From: Podarcis muralis
Lineage: Eukaryota
Direction: 5' to 3'
Length of the DNA: 64,000 nucleotides
NCBI RefSeq assembly: GCF_964188315.1
Contig: NC_135658.1
Span: 62,496,001 to 62,560,000, forward strand
Part shown: piece by piece, positions 1-13,581 of the stretch
Layout of the letters: each line of letters begins with the position of its first letter
How positions within the stretch are numbered: the first letter of the stretch is position 1
Translations under genes and position numbers: made by a program
Notes under the pieces: model-generated
Told to the model about the DNA's origin: nothing
Databases searched by the model: none
Seen by the model: only the letters and a program-made list of their open reading frames with translations

Positions 1-3000
1 GTCCTTTTATAATGTTGAACTGTTTGCATGTATTCTTTGCAGTGTACTTATTAATGACAAACAGAGCATTTCCATAATAACCTCCTTTTTTTACAGTTGT
101 GGCAATTTCAAAACAGAAGATGACAGAATAAAACATGTTAGTTTTATGAAACATAGAATGTATGTTCCAAATCTGTAAGTGTTCGGTTTGTTTTGAATAA
201 TCATTTGGAAAGATTTCCCATGAGTTCAAGGCCAAACCCCAAAATGACTTATAACTGGGGCAGAAACATAACAACATGTCAAGCTTTCAATACAAAAATT
301 AAGATAATGGCACAAATCCCTTACCAGTTAATTGGGGTGTGTGTGTGATTATGGGGGTAGGAATACAGAAATTTTATTATTAGCACAGCTCTGTGCTATC
401 CCCTTCTAGTGCTGCTGTGAAGGGTAGCTTTGCTATAGGGGAGACAGCTGTTCTGCAGCTGCATTTTATTTTTTACTTGATTCAATTATCAACAACCATT
501 TTGGTTTGGTTTAACATGTTGTGTTACAGGATCTCAGTTTTCACACAAGCTACAAAATACTGGGGAATTACAGCCCTTAAGAGAGATCCCCATAACAGCA
601 GCGTTATTTAGGCAATATTGATACTGTATGGTATCCTATCCTTTTGCTACTTACAGCTTCACCAGTTCTTTGGAGATGGGTGGCTGTTGGTGGCAAAGTG
701 CTGGACCAGTGTCCCAGATTTGCCTGTTCACTGGAATAGACACATGGAGTCTACGCAACTGAAGCTAACTTTCCATGTTAACTCGAAGAGTTAATAATTA
801 CGGTGCTAATATTACCTAATAATATTTGGTGTATACACTAAATACAATTGAATATTGTTGTTGTGTGGAAGTTGAAAATCATGTTTCAAAGATAAGAATG
901 TGGGGGGAGTCTGGGTTTAAGTTCTTGAAACTGCTGATCTGGAAAATGAAGAGATTTTACTTCAGTCTCCAGTTACAATATTGATTCCCCTCCCCCCATT
1001 TCCTAAAAGTCATGCAATCTTGTTGTTAGACCCTTTTGATACTTCAGTGCTTTGAAAACAACCTTACAGCCTTTGCTATTTAAAAACCTGCAAGAATTGT
1101 TTCATTGTTGATGTGAGACAATTCTATCAGTCAAGCTATTATTAAATAAGATACATCTTGCTCATTTAGCCGAGATGCTCCCATCATGCCATTTTATAAG
1201 CAATTAGCTGGCAAAGGCAGGGAGCCATCACCAGTGACAGACTAGCAGGCAAGATGTGTCACTATGGTAGCAGGTGTGCAAAAATTAATCAGAATTTGTG
1301 AGGCAAGAGGGACAGTGGAGCCAACAGCAAAATAACAAAAACCACAGTGACGGCAGCTACTCTTTTATAGCAAAGGGATACTTCAGATGTCATGGCCATC
1401 ACATGTAGATCCACCATGAAATGCTTCGAAATGGCAGCAGGTTTATATGCACACCTTTTAAGGTTGTTCACAACATGCATCTTACCCGTCAGATTGGGGA
1501 TTTTCACACCAGGGCTATGTAGGTGTGGTGCTGCCTTATATACAAACCTTTTCTTTGATAGAACAGCACACACAGTGGTAGTGCCTGCAGCCAGTAAGAT
1601 TCTTTCTCTCAGATTGTGGAGCCAAAAGACTCAGGTCTCTGCATCTCAGTCAAAAAGTGCAGTTTGCCCCCTTTGTTTCCCTTTTCAGACACACGAAGAC
1701 CAGGATTATACTACACTTAGCTTGAGTGATGGGAAGCATGCTCCCTAGCCACCTCTGTGACAATCTTTTCCTGTTCAGAACATCCCAAAGAAGTCCTGTG
1801 CCGAGAAGCAATAATCCCAACTATAAGCTTCCATGGAGGCACATCACCTGAATATCCAGGGCTGTTAATACTCCTTTGTCAACTTCAAGATTCTGGTCAG
1901 GCATTGCCTTATCAGAGCAACCCACAATGATAGGCTTCCTATTGGATTTCTATAAATAGTACTATCACAATATTTATTCTTCAATTCCTTCTTTACACTT
2001 GGCAAATACAGCACATTACTGAAGTCTTTTCATCCACATATTCTGGGAACAAACAAGTTTAAACACAACCAAAAAAATGAGCATTGGTTGACTTTGATTA
2101 TTTGCCACAGATGGGTAAGTGCATCATAGCAACTTCAGTGCAGCCTATGGTACCCAAAGTGGGCATTCCAGTGAATAAGAGCTTGATAGGAAAACACTAT
2201 ATTGTCCAGTCAGCCTGACTTTCCTTGCACAACCTTTATCTCCTATCTCCAACTGAAAAGAAGAAACAAGGATGGTCCTTGGGGTACATGGTTTTTTAAA
2301 CCCATATTTTAAAACCCTCCTCATTTTGCCCACAGACTAAATCAGTCTGGGATTAGAACCAGTCTCTGTGTTAGTCAGCTTTGAGCCTGCTAATAATGGT
2401 GAAATACTTTGTACAAGTGGAGCTTTAGCTGCCTGTCGCTTATAGGAGCAAGTGAAATGTGTCATGGGGTAAATACGACATCAACGCTGGGTCACAAGCA
2501 ACATAACAGATCAACAGGGCACTTGAATCCAAAGTAAGAATGGCTTCCCTTTGGAGAAAGCTGTCAAAAGTAGCCAGCCATAATCACAAATAGAATGGTG
2601 AATTATAGAATGAAAAATTCCCTAAACTGCCCTGAAAAATCAGAGCATTTATATACAGGTCACAAGATATCCCATTCTTCCTATTTCAGCCTCTGAATCT
2701 TTTAACCTTGTTTTCCACTGGGGTTTTGTCATGACTCTGCATATTATTTTCGCCTCCAATCACAGATAATCACTTTATGCATTCTTCTTGCTCCCTTGTA
2801 GCTTGAAGTTCTTCATTGATCCCCCACCTCCTTTCCACTGTGCTTGTATCCATGCCAACAACAAAAATGAATGAGCCTGTCTAGGACTGTTGCTATAGTG
2901 GCAGCCAACAACTCCATCATTGCACACCGAAGCCATGGCAGGCAGCATTTCATGTCAACGGTGCTTGTGTATCTGTGTAATTTTGATTCTGCCCTGTAAT

Positions 3001-3851
3001 TAAGAGCCATTTTGTTAACATAACAGAAATGAGGGGAAGGTCTGTTTTATGTTTGCTAGTGCACTGATCGCATAATAACTCAACAAAGGCACATAGTATA
3101 GCAGAAGCTTACTACAGAACCAATCTCCAGGGACCTGCTTGTTTCATTCCTATCAAGGTTTACATGTCACTGCAGATGAACTTTCCATATGTTACCTGAC
3201 TGCCGGGTGGCAACTGCTCAGTTTAGCTTTCCAAAAACCTCCATATTAAATTAAAACTAATATCATATATAATATGGTAGTTTAAATAAATGGTCAGGTT
3301 GGTTTCAGTACTCTGGCTTAAAAAACAACAACCCCAATTTTTATTATTATAAATAAAATAATTATTTTGAAAGAAACTACTTGATTCTTTCTCCTGAGCC
3401 ACATGGAATAAGCTGAGGTTAAAAAGTAAACATGTGAAGGTTCAGATTTTCCACAGAAAGAAACACCCTCGCCTTTTAACGGCAGCATATATTATATTTA
3501 AATAACCTCCTCTCCCATGACAAAGCAAATGAAATCCTATGATTGCAGTGTCACTTTCAGAGTTCCTCATAGTAATCAAGTAGACTATTTCCTTGAGGCA
3601 TGTGTGAATAAATCTGCTAACAGACACAATGATTGCCCTGGGATGTAAAATAAGACTGCTTCTGAGATCTCACACTTCAATATATATATATATATAAACT
3701 GCACCTTAGGAATTGGCGCTTTTAACAAACTTACGTATTTTGCATTCTGTAACTTTTAACTCAGGGTCAGTAGGCCCTAAATAAAATACAGTCATTTGAA
3801 ACTAATGCTAGTTTCAAAAGACCGATATCCATTTACACTAACTGAGAATAA

Positions 3852-3933
3852 GAATCCTACAAATCTTTTGTCATATATAAGCCCCACTGTGTGCAATAGT
3901 GCTTACTCACAGGTATGCCTGCATAGGATTGCA
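3852..3933. mobile_element. Short degenerate palindromic element (old MITE-like)
   Basis: AATCCTA...TAGGATT inverted ends with an AAGCCCCACTG core; similar to 40022-40111 and 54771-54860. Confidence 0.4.
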
Positions 3934-4057
3934 GTACAATAATACGATTCAGGGTCTGGATTGTTTTTCATTCCTCAGTAATCATTTAGGTGAATAAAGC
4001 AATGAATGAACTTTTATGAATATGGGTCGTTAGTAATATAATATTTTTATCTATCTG

Positions 4058-4410
4058 CAGGGGCGGCCCATCCCATTAGGCCACCTGAAGTGACACATGA
4101 AGTTGCCACCTTCCATGCCCCTGCTGAAGTCAGGGTCCCACTGCTGCTGCCTGCTCCTCTCATGGCAAGGGGATGGGACATGCCCATGGAATCCATTGCT
4201 GGTGTAGCTGCCTCCCATCCCCGCCCCCAAAGTGAGGATGAGCAGCAAGAGCTTGCTGAAATTTCTGCTCGCTCTAACAGGGGCAGTGGCAGGAAGTGGA
4301 CTTGGTGGCAGACAGGCACAGTGGCAAGATCTGCCATCTCTGAATCCCAGCAGGATCCCACCATTTGAGGCAATTGCCTCGGTGTGCCTAATGGTAATAC
4401 TGGCTCCATC
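4058..4410. mobile_element. Degraded GC-rich hAT-like non-autonomous element
   Basis: Left end CAGGGGCGGCCC..CCATTAGGC and inverted GCCTAATGG near 4387; left end resembles the element at 21747. No clean TSD. Confidence 0.35.
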
Positions 4411-4443
4411 CATGCCCACTTTGAGCTGTGATTTACCGAACTA

Positions 4444-4671
4444 CAGTGGTACCTTGGGTTACATATGCTTCAGGTTACAGACTCCGCTAACCCAGAAATA
4501 GTATCTCAGGTTAAGAACTTTGCTTCAGGATGAGGATAGAAATCGTGTGGCGGCAGCGCGCCTGCAGCGGGAGGCCCCATTAGCAAAAGTGGCTTCAGGT
4601 TAAGAACAGTTTCAGGTTAAGAACGGATCTCTGGAACGAATTATGGTAAGTACGAACCAGAGGTACCACTG
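4444..4671 (+). mobile_element. pogo/Tigger-like (Tc1/mariner) MITE, GGTTAAGAAC subfamily
   Basis: TIRs CAGTGGTACC / GGTACCACTG, TA duplicated at 4442-4443 and 4672-4673; homologous to 49177-49404 and, inverted, 55513-55725. Confidence 0.9.
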
Positions 4672-7600
4672 TATATATTTTGTACAGCTAGAAGATCCAA
4701 AAAGAAAAATTCATACCACCACCTTATTGCTGCCACATCAGGCTCACAAATTCTTAGCCTTATTTTCCTCCAGATCCCGCATCTCACATCTTCTCTACTA
4801 AACCTCTAACCCCCAGTTCTCTCCACTTTGAGCTCAGCTACATTATTTTATCCTCTCTGCAATTCTGTCTGCCCCTTCCCAACATGAAGCCTTGTCTTTA
4901 AATTCGTATCTTTCTGTATCTTCTTTTGGTCTTCAGAACCTAAACACTAATTTATGTATAAATCCCCACCCTCTTAATACTGCTTATTTCTTCACTTCCT
5001 CATTTCTTTCTTTCTCCATTGTAGGGCCAGAAGATTACTGAAGGCAGCAAATGTAATTTGATACCTCCTGCCTGCAAAACACAGCAGCTCTGCACATTAT
5101 GTAGACGCGCTGAAAAGGGATGTGCAAGTAATGATTGTTATTGTCCAGGATAATGTCTGGTCACTTTGGGAATGATATGTCTGGCAGCACATGAATAAGA
5201 GGAAGAAAGGCTGTTTAAAGTAATATGCAAAACCATTTGAGATACATTTCTTGCATTGTTTAAACTCTTTTGACTTCTCTCTGAAATAATCAGATGGTTG
5301 GCTTAATGAGAATTGCCCAAATTCACTATGAATTCTGCTTTAGATTAAGATTCAGTATGGACCTGAGGATAAACCTTCTTGCACATTCCCCAAGTTGTTT
5401 TGCTATTGCTACTGTTTGGGCTTCTGTCACAATCATTCAGTACAACATTTCACCTACAGAAAGACCCACTCTCAAATTACCTTTAGAAATGTTTACTATA
5501 TACTGGGTCTTGAAATATTTCTATAGAAGAACAAAGGTTGGGTAGCATTTTGCTGTTTTGAGGGCCACATTTCTTCAGGGATAATCTCTCAGGTGGCAGG
5601 TGAGTCCAGAGCAGCCACCATCTTCTGCAACTCAAGGAAACTTAGTTTTGTTTCATAGCTGCACAGCTTTCATCTCCCACCCCCTTTCAAGACAACTTTA
5701 CTAACAGGCAGACATGGCTGTCATTCTCTAGAGTGCTGCTTGTATCTGTGCTTTTGCCTGCAAAAAAAGAACAAAACCATGGTATTTCCACATGTTTACA
5801 GGTGTGACACTAGTGGCAGGTCCTGCCAGTCTAGGATTCAACTTTTAGAAGAAAGAGAATTATAATAAATCCAAGTCACTAGAAAGGATGCTGGAAGTCT
5901 CTTGTATTTTGAAGACTGATGCACAATATGGAGCATGGGTTTGTCTACGAAAATATGGAATGCTTGTGATTCTCAGTGGGGAGAAGCTATCAAGCATCAG
6001 GATAGTATCTTGTATTAATATCACTGGTGTGAACTCATTAAACTGCTTTGAAAAATCCATTGGGTTCTGAATTTCCCAATTCAACACTTCCGTATTTCTA
6101 TCAGCTTCCAACTCACTACAGTACAGGCATATTGAAGTCAACATGCTCAGACATGCCCCTCAAGATTAATTGAAGTGTAAAACATGGAAATAAAAGACTT
6201 CACGGATGTATTCTAAAAACCAGCTAAAGAAGGTGAAACAATATAAGGAATCTAAATGAAATTCAAACTTAATGGAGAGTGGTGGCTGCAGAAGAAACAA
6301 AAATGGAAACTTTTCTTTCATCTCTGGTGGTTTATACATGGTGCACACTTGATAAGTCAAGTGAGGATATAGAATTTCATGTGTTCATTATGAACTGTTA
6401 TTATGGCTATTTATTAAATTTCTATACAACACCCAAAGATCATAGAGTGGTTTACAACATAAAAACACAAAAATGCAAAGCACATCTACACCCAGCTGCC
6501 TGTATCCTCCTCATGTACATAATATCTAATTCATACATCACAGTCACTGCCATATATACAAAGAAGCAACAGAGAAAGGCAAAGAATCTTTGAAAAACTG
6601 TAACAAGAAATTATGGGTGCTCCATATGTGGTCATAAAGAATAAGACCAGTGGCACACTTGAATAAAAATTATGTTCAATTTTCTTAGTATATTTATCAC
6701 CAGCATAGTCAACTAATTTTTCAAAGCAAAGTTGTCCTCTGATAAACCTTATAATGTCAGGAAGAGAAAGTGATATTATCATGAATAATGATAACGTGCA
6801 CATCCCACAATATATCATATATTAAGACAGTGGCATTACATCATTAACATCTAGTGTTCAGGTGTGATTGCACTTGATCCATTGTGTGGTCATAGGTTTG
6901 GATGAAATTTAATCAACTTAATTAAAAGTGTTTTGGCCTGCCCGCTTAATGGACCACTCAGAAGACTATGTGCTTCTGAGAAAGGTATTAACGCAAATTA
7001 TTTTTTGATTAGTTGTAGATACTTGATAGTACACCTAAACATTTGTGTTTTTTGAATCAAAATATGAGAAGACATGTTGCACATATCTGTTATGCGAGGG
7101 ATGAACACCTCACTAAGATATGAAAGTCATTTATATTATTCCACAAAATTTATACACTGCTTGATTGCCTCAGAATGATTTGCAAAAAGATTAATACAAT
7201 AAAATTATCAGCAAAAACAGTGAAACGCAACTATTTTAAAACTATTTACTTTGTATTAATGCCACTGACATTAATAACACTGACCTGATCCACAAGTTAT
7301 CGTCACACTCATAGTCAAGAACAAGCTATATGGCTTGCAGTAAACAAGGAGTTGCCTTGATCTTTGCTTATTTCTCATGGTTTGTTCTGGAGAAACAAAC
7401 TACAATTGCTGGTTCACACATAGCGCTAAGGCTTAGCACATAGCACTGGGGCTTGTTTCCTCCTGGCTCGGCAAAGGGAAGAGCTGAGGAGGTGCTATTA
7501 GAGCAGCATGCACTTACACACTACTTGTTCATGATAATCCATAATTTGTTTCATACAATGATTTATCCATCTTATGAATGAGGCCACCCATGGAATGCTT

Positions 7601-8056
7601 ATTGAGTATGGCAATATTTAACTACACATATATGCAAAGGCAAAATATAGTTACTTTTGCTGTTTGTCCATGCAGAGATTCCCGTATCAGCTAAGCTGGA
7701 GGCAGTTAGAAGTAACCTAATTTTAAAGGCAAATTCTTTCCAAATCTATTAAACTAAGTTGACATTGTTTCTTCTAATCTGAACTCTATTACTTAGATGT
7801 TCTCATTCGAAACAAAGGAATTAAAAAGAGCAATATTTTTTTAAACAACAACAATCCGAATCAATTGAAAACCTGTATCTAAAACAATTTATAAACAAAG
7901 AAGTGTGATCTGTGCATTTAAACAAACAATATTTTACTCCCTAGCACAACTCTTTCTGCCAAAAAATGTGGCTGAAAAATCAAGTATTCACACTGCATTT
8001 GTTTTCGCTTCTATCCATGAGGGCAGTGATTTGAAGCAATTACACACAACAGTTTA

Positions 8057-8403
8057 CAGGGACGCGGACTTATAAAAAATATTGGGGGGGCCCGGGAAAG
8101 CTCATGAATAATAAATAAGCTCATGAATATGCAAATAAAGTGGCGCCGCCTCCTCGTGAGCGAATAGGGGAGAGCGTGCTGCGCCTATTAATCAGCTCCA
8201 AAGGAAATTGGGTGGAGCTTTTGCTCGGGAGGGAGGGCAGGAGGCATGCAGCCCGCCCCTCCCTGTGCATTTTGGGCTAGGGGAGGGGCGGCGATGGTGC
8301 TCTGCTGGAGGGGCGCCGGAGATTATTGGGGGGGCGGAGCCCCCCCAAACGAAGTTTTGAGGGGGCTCGGGCCCCCTCAAGCCCCATGGAGTCGGCGCCT
8401 ATG
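8057..8403. mobile_element. hAT-superfamily MITE
   Basis: Perfect 8-bp TSD ACAGTTTA (8049-8056, 8404-8411); imperfect TIRs CAGGGACGCGGACT / AGTCGGCGCCTATG; GC/CpG-rich interior. Confidence 0.85.
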
Positions 8404-9609
8404 ACAGTTTATCTAAATGAAAAACCACAGTATGAGAGGGCAAGATTGTCTGCTGCCTTTAAATAAACATTAAACATTACAGACATGATCTAGTCAAAAG
8501 CAAACACTTTTAAGGCACACAATCACAATATTGGAAATTTAAGCATGTGTTTAACTTTCGCATTAAAATCAGTAAGACTTAAAACATGCTGAATTTTGGC
8601 TTGATTGCGCCCTGAAAGTGCTTGGTACAATCAATACTGAACATTTTTAGTATAGTCTATATGCTCCTGTGCATGAAATCCAGCTCACAAAGTATTTCTC
8701 TTCATTTCTCAGATGCTCAAATGTGGACAAGCCCTTTTGTATAAGGGTCAGAAAACCAATGGCCTTCCAAAACTGTAATTCTAATAAATTTGGATAAGTA
8801 TAGGGGAAAATATGTTAAAATGAGGAGTAGATGATCAAGAACAGTGTCATTTAAATAAGCAGATGATCACCAATTTCATTAAAATTGTTACACAGTATCA
8901 ATGGAATTTACCTATGTAAAAATTAAGGTAAATGTTGATATCAAGTGTTGGAGGTATAAATGTAAATCAAATGAAGCAGGGATGTTTGATGCTAGTGTAA
9001 AAAGATTCAGTGCTTTTTGTTGACTGTTGAACAAATGTTTTGACACCGAAACATCTAATGAATGATGTTTGGGGGTTGCATGAAAAAAGAGGTAAGCTGT
9101 GTATTAATATGCTTTCAGCAACTAAAATGTTAATAACTAAATGAATAGTGCAAGGCAAGAAAACTTCCTTTTATAGGAGAACAGTACCATAAAGTTTGGT
9201 TTTGTTGTGGTGATGCAAAGCATTATAGCTATGTTTTATTTGGGTATGGATAATTTATGTGCACTTAATTCATATATCAAAGAGTAGGATCTGTTTTCAA
9301 GATATTAGGAATCTAGATCCTCTCATTCCCCTTTGCTGAAGTTTGTAAACAAGCCTTAATCTTATTATAAATTATTTTTTCCTCTCTGCTTTTGGTGTGT
9401 TTGTGATTAAAGTGATTAAAGACATTAATAAGCAGAATCAGAAAATTGCTAGTGGATAGAAGGCTAAGATAAAAGGTTTAGATCTGATTGGTACAAGTTG
9501 TTTTTCTTGGGGATTGCGCATGGGTGTATCTATCGTATATGTGCAATTTTATCTTATTATTCTTTTCTTTATTATATATGTTGTTCTAAATAACATAATT
9601 TCATTTGCA

Positions 9610-10371
9610 TGACCAGGCGGTGACCACCCCAGCCCCCAGGGACCACCAGTAAGTAATAATGACACATGACCATGTGTTATGGATTAAAATTTGGCCACAA
9701 CTTTATTAAACTTTCAAATGTAGAAGACCTTGGCTTAAGCATTGGGCGTATATCCATCCCAGTCCCCCCATTTACCTCAGGGTAAATGGGATATAGGGGT
9801 TCTCTGCAAGACGTATGTGTACTCAGGCAGCCCACCCCATATCCCCTCACGCAGGGTAGTTCACTGACGACCTTTCAGTGTATGTCCAGTGACACCCATA
9901 TTACAACCCCTTTAAGAGGGGAACCTGGAATCCCTGCCACGGGGGTGGGGTGAGTTACCACTTCACCCCCCCCCCCCCATTTTAGGAAAGAAAAGACTAC
10001 AGGATTATGCCCAATGCCTTAAACCACCAAAGCTGTGATGAATTGCTACAGGGAAGACAAAACCTGCCAATGCAGGAAAATTTCTTCCCGGCTCTTCAAC
10101 AGCAACCAGTCAAAGACCATAGCAGCGCCCGCTAAACAGGAAGAAAAAGCTTAACCTGTAAACATGAAACATTCAACAAAGGGAGGGTTGGGTGGGTAGG
10201 TGAAGCTCCTGAGCCGACTGCCTGACTATTGTCGGCTCCACCTCCTATTTATAAATGGGGCTGGCCCCACCTCCCAGCAGTGTAACTTGCCTACTGACGC
10301 TAGGCATGAGCCTCCAAAGAATAAGCCAGCCCATACAAACTGGTAAGTTCCCCGGGGTCCGATGCATCACA
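9610..10371 (-). mobile_element. Solo LTR-like terminal repeat (family uncertain: Gypsy/ERV-type or DIRS/Ngaro-type)
   Basis: On the minus strand: TGT..TCA termini, TATA-like TTTATAAATA (10246-10255), AATAAAGTTGTGGCCAAA (9690-9707) identical to the motif in 18926-19663. Confidence 0.7.
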
Positions 10372-11662
10372 CGAGATCCCCCAAAGTGCTCATTCTTTTT
10401 TTAAAAATCACTTGAAACTGGAGTTCTACACCCTCCCTCCCTCCACCTACCTTCACAATCCAATAGTATTTGGATCTGATTTATGTAAAAAGAAGTCTCT
10501 GCTCCCCCCCCACCAAAAAAACACCCTCTAACCAAGTTGAATTAGGAGAAGTTATCTGAGATAATTGGTTCCAGCTCTAGTCTACAGCAAGCATATGCTA
10601 CAGATATTAATTCTTTCTTCCCATTTTAGCCATATGTTTTGTTGTTCTGACTAAAGCCATTGAATTAAAATATACCCTGGAGGCTAATTTTTCCCCTTTG
10701 TAGGCAACTGCAGAAATCACCACAATTATGCATGTTCTTCAGTACAATACATTTCTCAGCCTATCTTCTCTAGAGAGATGTAAGGCTGAAGAGGCATGCA
10801 AATACAATTGCTTCTCTGCAATGAGTGCAACATATGTGTGCCTTTTGTCGGAGACACTGATCACAAGAGGAAAGCTCAAAGATGCAGGCCCTTAACCAAA
10901 CTTAAGTAAACTATAAAACAGGACATTATTTTTGCCTATGGAATACCTAATCTTCTGCAACAAAAATAATGCAGCACAGAAATCTTGATGGCAGTGAAGC
11001 AGCTGTAGTTCCATTGTTATTTTCCATTTCCATTCATGAAAATGAATGGCAAATGTTCAGAATCCTGGAAGGATAACGTTGCTCATAGAGAAGATGTGCC
11101 CCAAGCACAGTAGCTTGCACAGCAATCCCATGCTTGTGGTAAGTTTATGGGTGTGATAGGATCAGTGCTAGACTTGCCAGCAATGGAAAGGCCTAAGTTT
11201 CCACAGAAAGGTCTGACTGTAAGGGAGCACACTGCCTGAAAGTTAGCTGTGTGCAAAGCTTCGCAAAAAGTCTTTGTCAGCAAGTCAGGGCTTAAATTGG
11301 GATGGACACCTGCTGAAGTAGATGGCAGGAAGTGAGGATTCCCAGGTAAGATCCTCCCTCTATTGTGTGGGCAGGTAATCCCTCCCCTACCTGGCCTGGT
11401 CTCCTTGGCAACGCTTCCCCCAGGTGGGATTGGACAACTGACTGAGGTAGGTGGAGACCTCCAGGTATCCCACCTGACGGAAGGCAAAGCCAAGCCTATG
11501 CTGATGGGGCCGCTCCAGATCTAGGGCTGTGTGCGTCCATGCAAAGGGCGCCCCCCGTTTTAAGCGGGGAGCGGTCATTGCTGATGACATGACCATAGAC
11601 ATGAGCATGATGAGAGTGCTTGAAGAACACAACCCGGAAAAGAGAATGTGAAATAAGACATT

Positions 11663-12009
11663 AAAGGTAAAGGTACCCCTGCCCGTATGGGCCAGTCTTG
11701 ACAGACTCTGGGGTTGTGCGCCCATCTCACTGAAGAGGCCAGGGGCCAGCGCTGTCCGGAGACACTTCTGGGTCACGTGGCCAGCGTGACAAAGCTGCAT
11801 CTGGCGAGCCAGCGCAGCACACGGAACGCCGTTTACCTTCCCGCTGGTAAGCGATCCCTATTTATCTACTTGCACCCGGGGGTGCTTTCGAACTGCTAGG
11901 TTGGCAGGCGCTGGGACCGAGCAGCGGGAGCGCACCCCGCTGCGGGGATTCGAACCACCAACCTTTCGATCGGCAAGCCCTAGGCGCTGAGGCTTTTACC
12001 CACAGCGCC
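11663..12009 (-). mobile_element. Sauria SINE (Squam1), younger subfamily
   Basis: Reverse complement about 94% identical to 29259-29615; tRNA-derived head with B box, (ACCTTT)n-type tail. Confidence 0.92.
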
Positions 12010-13581
12010 GGCTAAAGGTGGCTTAACATGTTGCTTGAGACTTAAATACCATTGTAGACACAAGACATGTTGCTGAACATTTGCTCAGAATGATTCAGGC
12101 TTATGAGGAATTATGCGGAATTTACTGTAGAGTATGACTTTGCTACATGACCTTACTCTTAAAGGATACTGCAGAGAGTGGATTGCATCTATGTATCCTG
12201 GCTTTGTTGAAAATACTATAAGGGAGAAACAGCTAGTAGAAGGGGATGGGAACGGGGGGCTCTGAGCATAAACTATTCAGCACAATAAAACTGCTAATGT
12301 GTTGATGAAGAAAATCTGACATTAAGGTGACACTAAGGCACCCAGCAGAGACCAGTTGTTCAAGGGTGCAATCGTTTAGTCTATCTGTTCCATCAATTGA
12401 GCCTTCCACTAGTCCTGACCAGAAAAGTTCTAGATTCTATGTGCATCTGAGAAGGAGGCAGGCATTCTACTGCCCAGAAGAAGTGAACCCATGAGGAAAG
12501 AGCTATTGTTGTTTGATGCCTCTTCTCTTAACCCTTGGCTCAGTTGGGCTCCTGGCTTGTCTCTGTTGTGCAAGGTGCCTTTCATCTGCATTCTCTAATA
12601 TGCATGGGGAACCTTTAGCTCAGAGCTTTCCAGTCGGTGTGACATGGCACGTTAGTGTGTCTGCTGCAGTGTCCAGGTGTGTCACACAGATGTTCCTTGT
12701 GTTCCTCCTGGGACTGAAAAGAGGTTAGTTTAACCTCCAGTTTGCTAGTAAAACTGAATTACTGTGCTGCGAAATGATGTATGTCCAAAAAAGAGTGTCA
12801 TCAACATGAAAAGTTTGGAAAGCTCTGTCTCTGTTTTTAATTAACTGCATTTTTAATTGTTGTAACCCACCCTGGGACCTTAGGGTGAAGCACAAGTAAA
12901 AAATTAAAATTATACTCCTAAACAAACAAACAAAAACGAGGTGCAACAGAAAGGAAAGATATGCATTCTCATATAATTCACAACAATCCATAAATCAAAG
13001 TTCATATAAGTAATCAAGGACATCATAGCTCCATTCCTTCACACTACTCCATTGAATGCTAGTGCTTATCAAAAAAAAATCATGACTCATTTTTCCTCGC
13101 AAGAATTAGCCATAGCAACAATCATTCAGCAAAACAGAAAGTGCAGACAGAACTCCATTGCAACTCCCTACAAAGAATTGTGAGCATTGTGTCAATTACT
13201 ACATTATCTTCCTCAACAGGTGAACCCCCAAATATAGATACCAGAGTTACTGTAGTTCCCTGATTTCAGAAGTTACAGTGAGTCTTGTAGTATGCAAAAG
13301 CACCTAGGTAATATAACACTTTTATTCATCCCAAAGTCCAGAATCCATCCCTATTAGACTTATTTGTTGCAAGTCCAGCACCCATTATTCACTTTCATCC
13401 CAATGTTTTTTCTTGTCTGTCCACAGGTAAGCAGGATGCCATTCAACATACCCAGTAGGAAAGATGTTCTCCACTCCACTGTCCACAAGCAAGTTAGCTG
13501 TGACCAAATGGAATCTTACTTCTGTGCTCCTGTGATGTTTCTGTCTTTGGCCTGCTACGGTTTTTGATCCTTTGCAAAGTA

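Noticed and set aside
393-7000. Short ORFs in the six-frame track (e.g. 1289-1573, 1392-1748, 4047-4501)
   Set aside because: No recognisable domains; lengths expected by chance, or caused by GC-rich repeat interiors with few stops.
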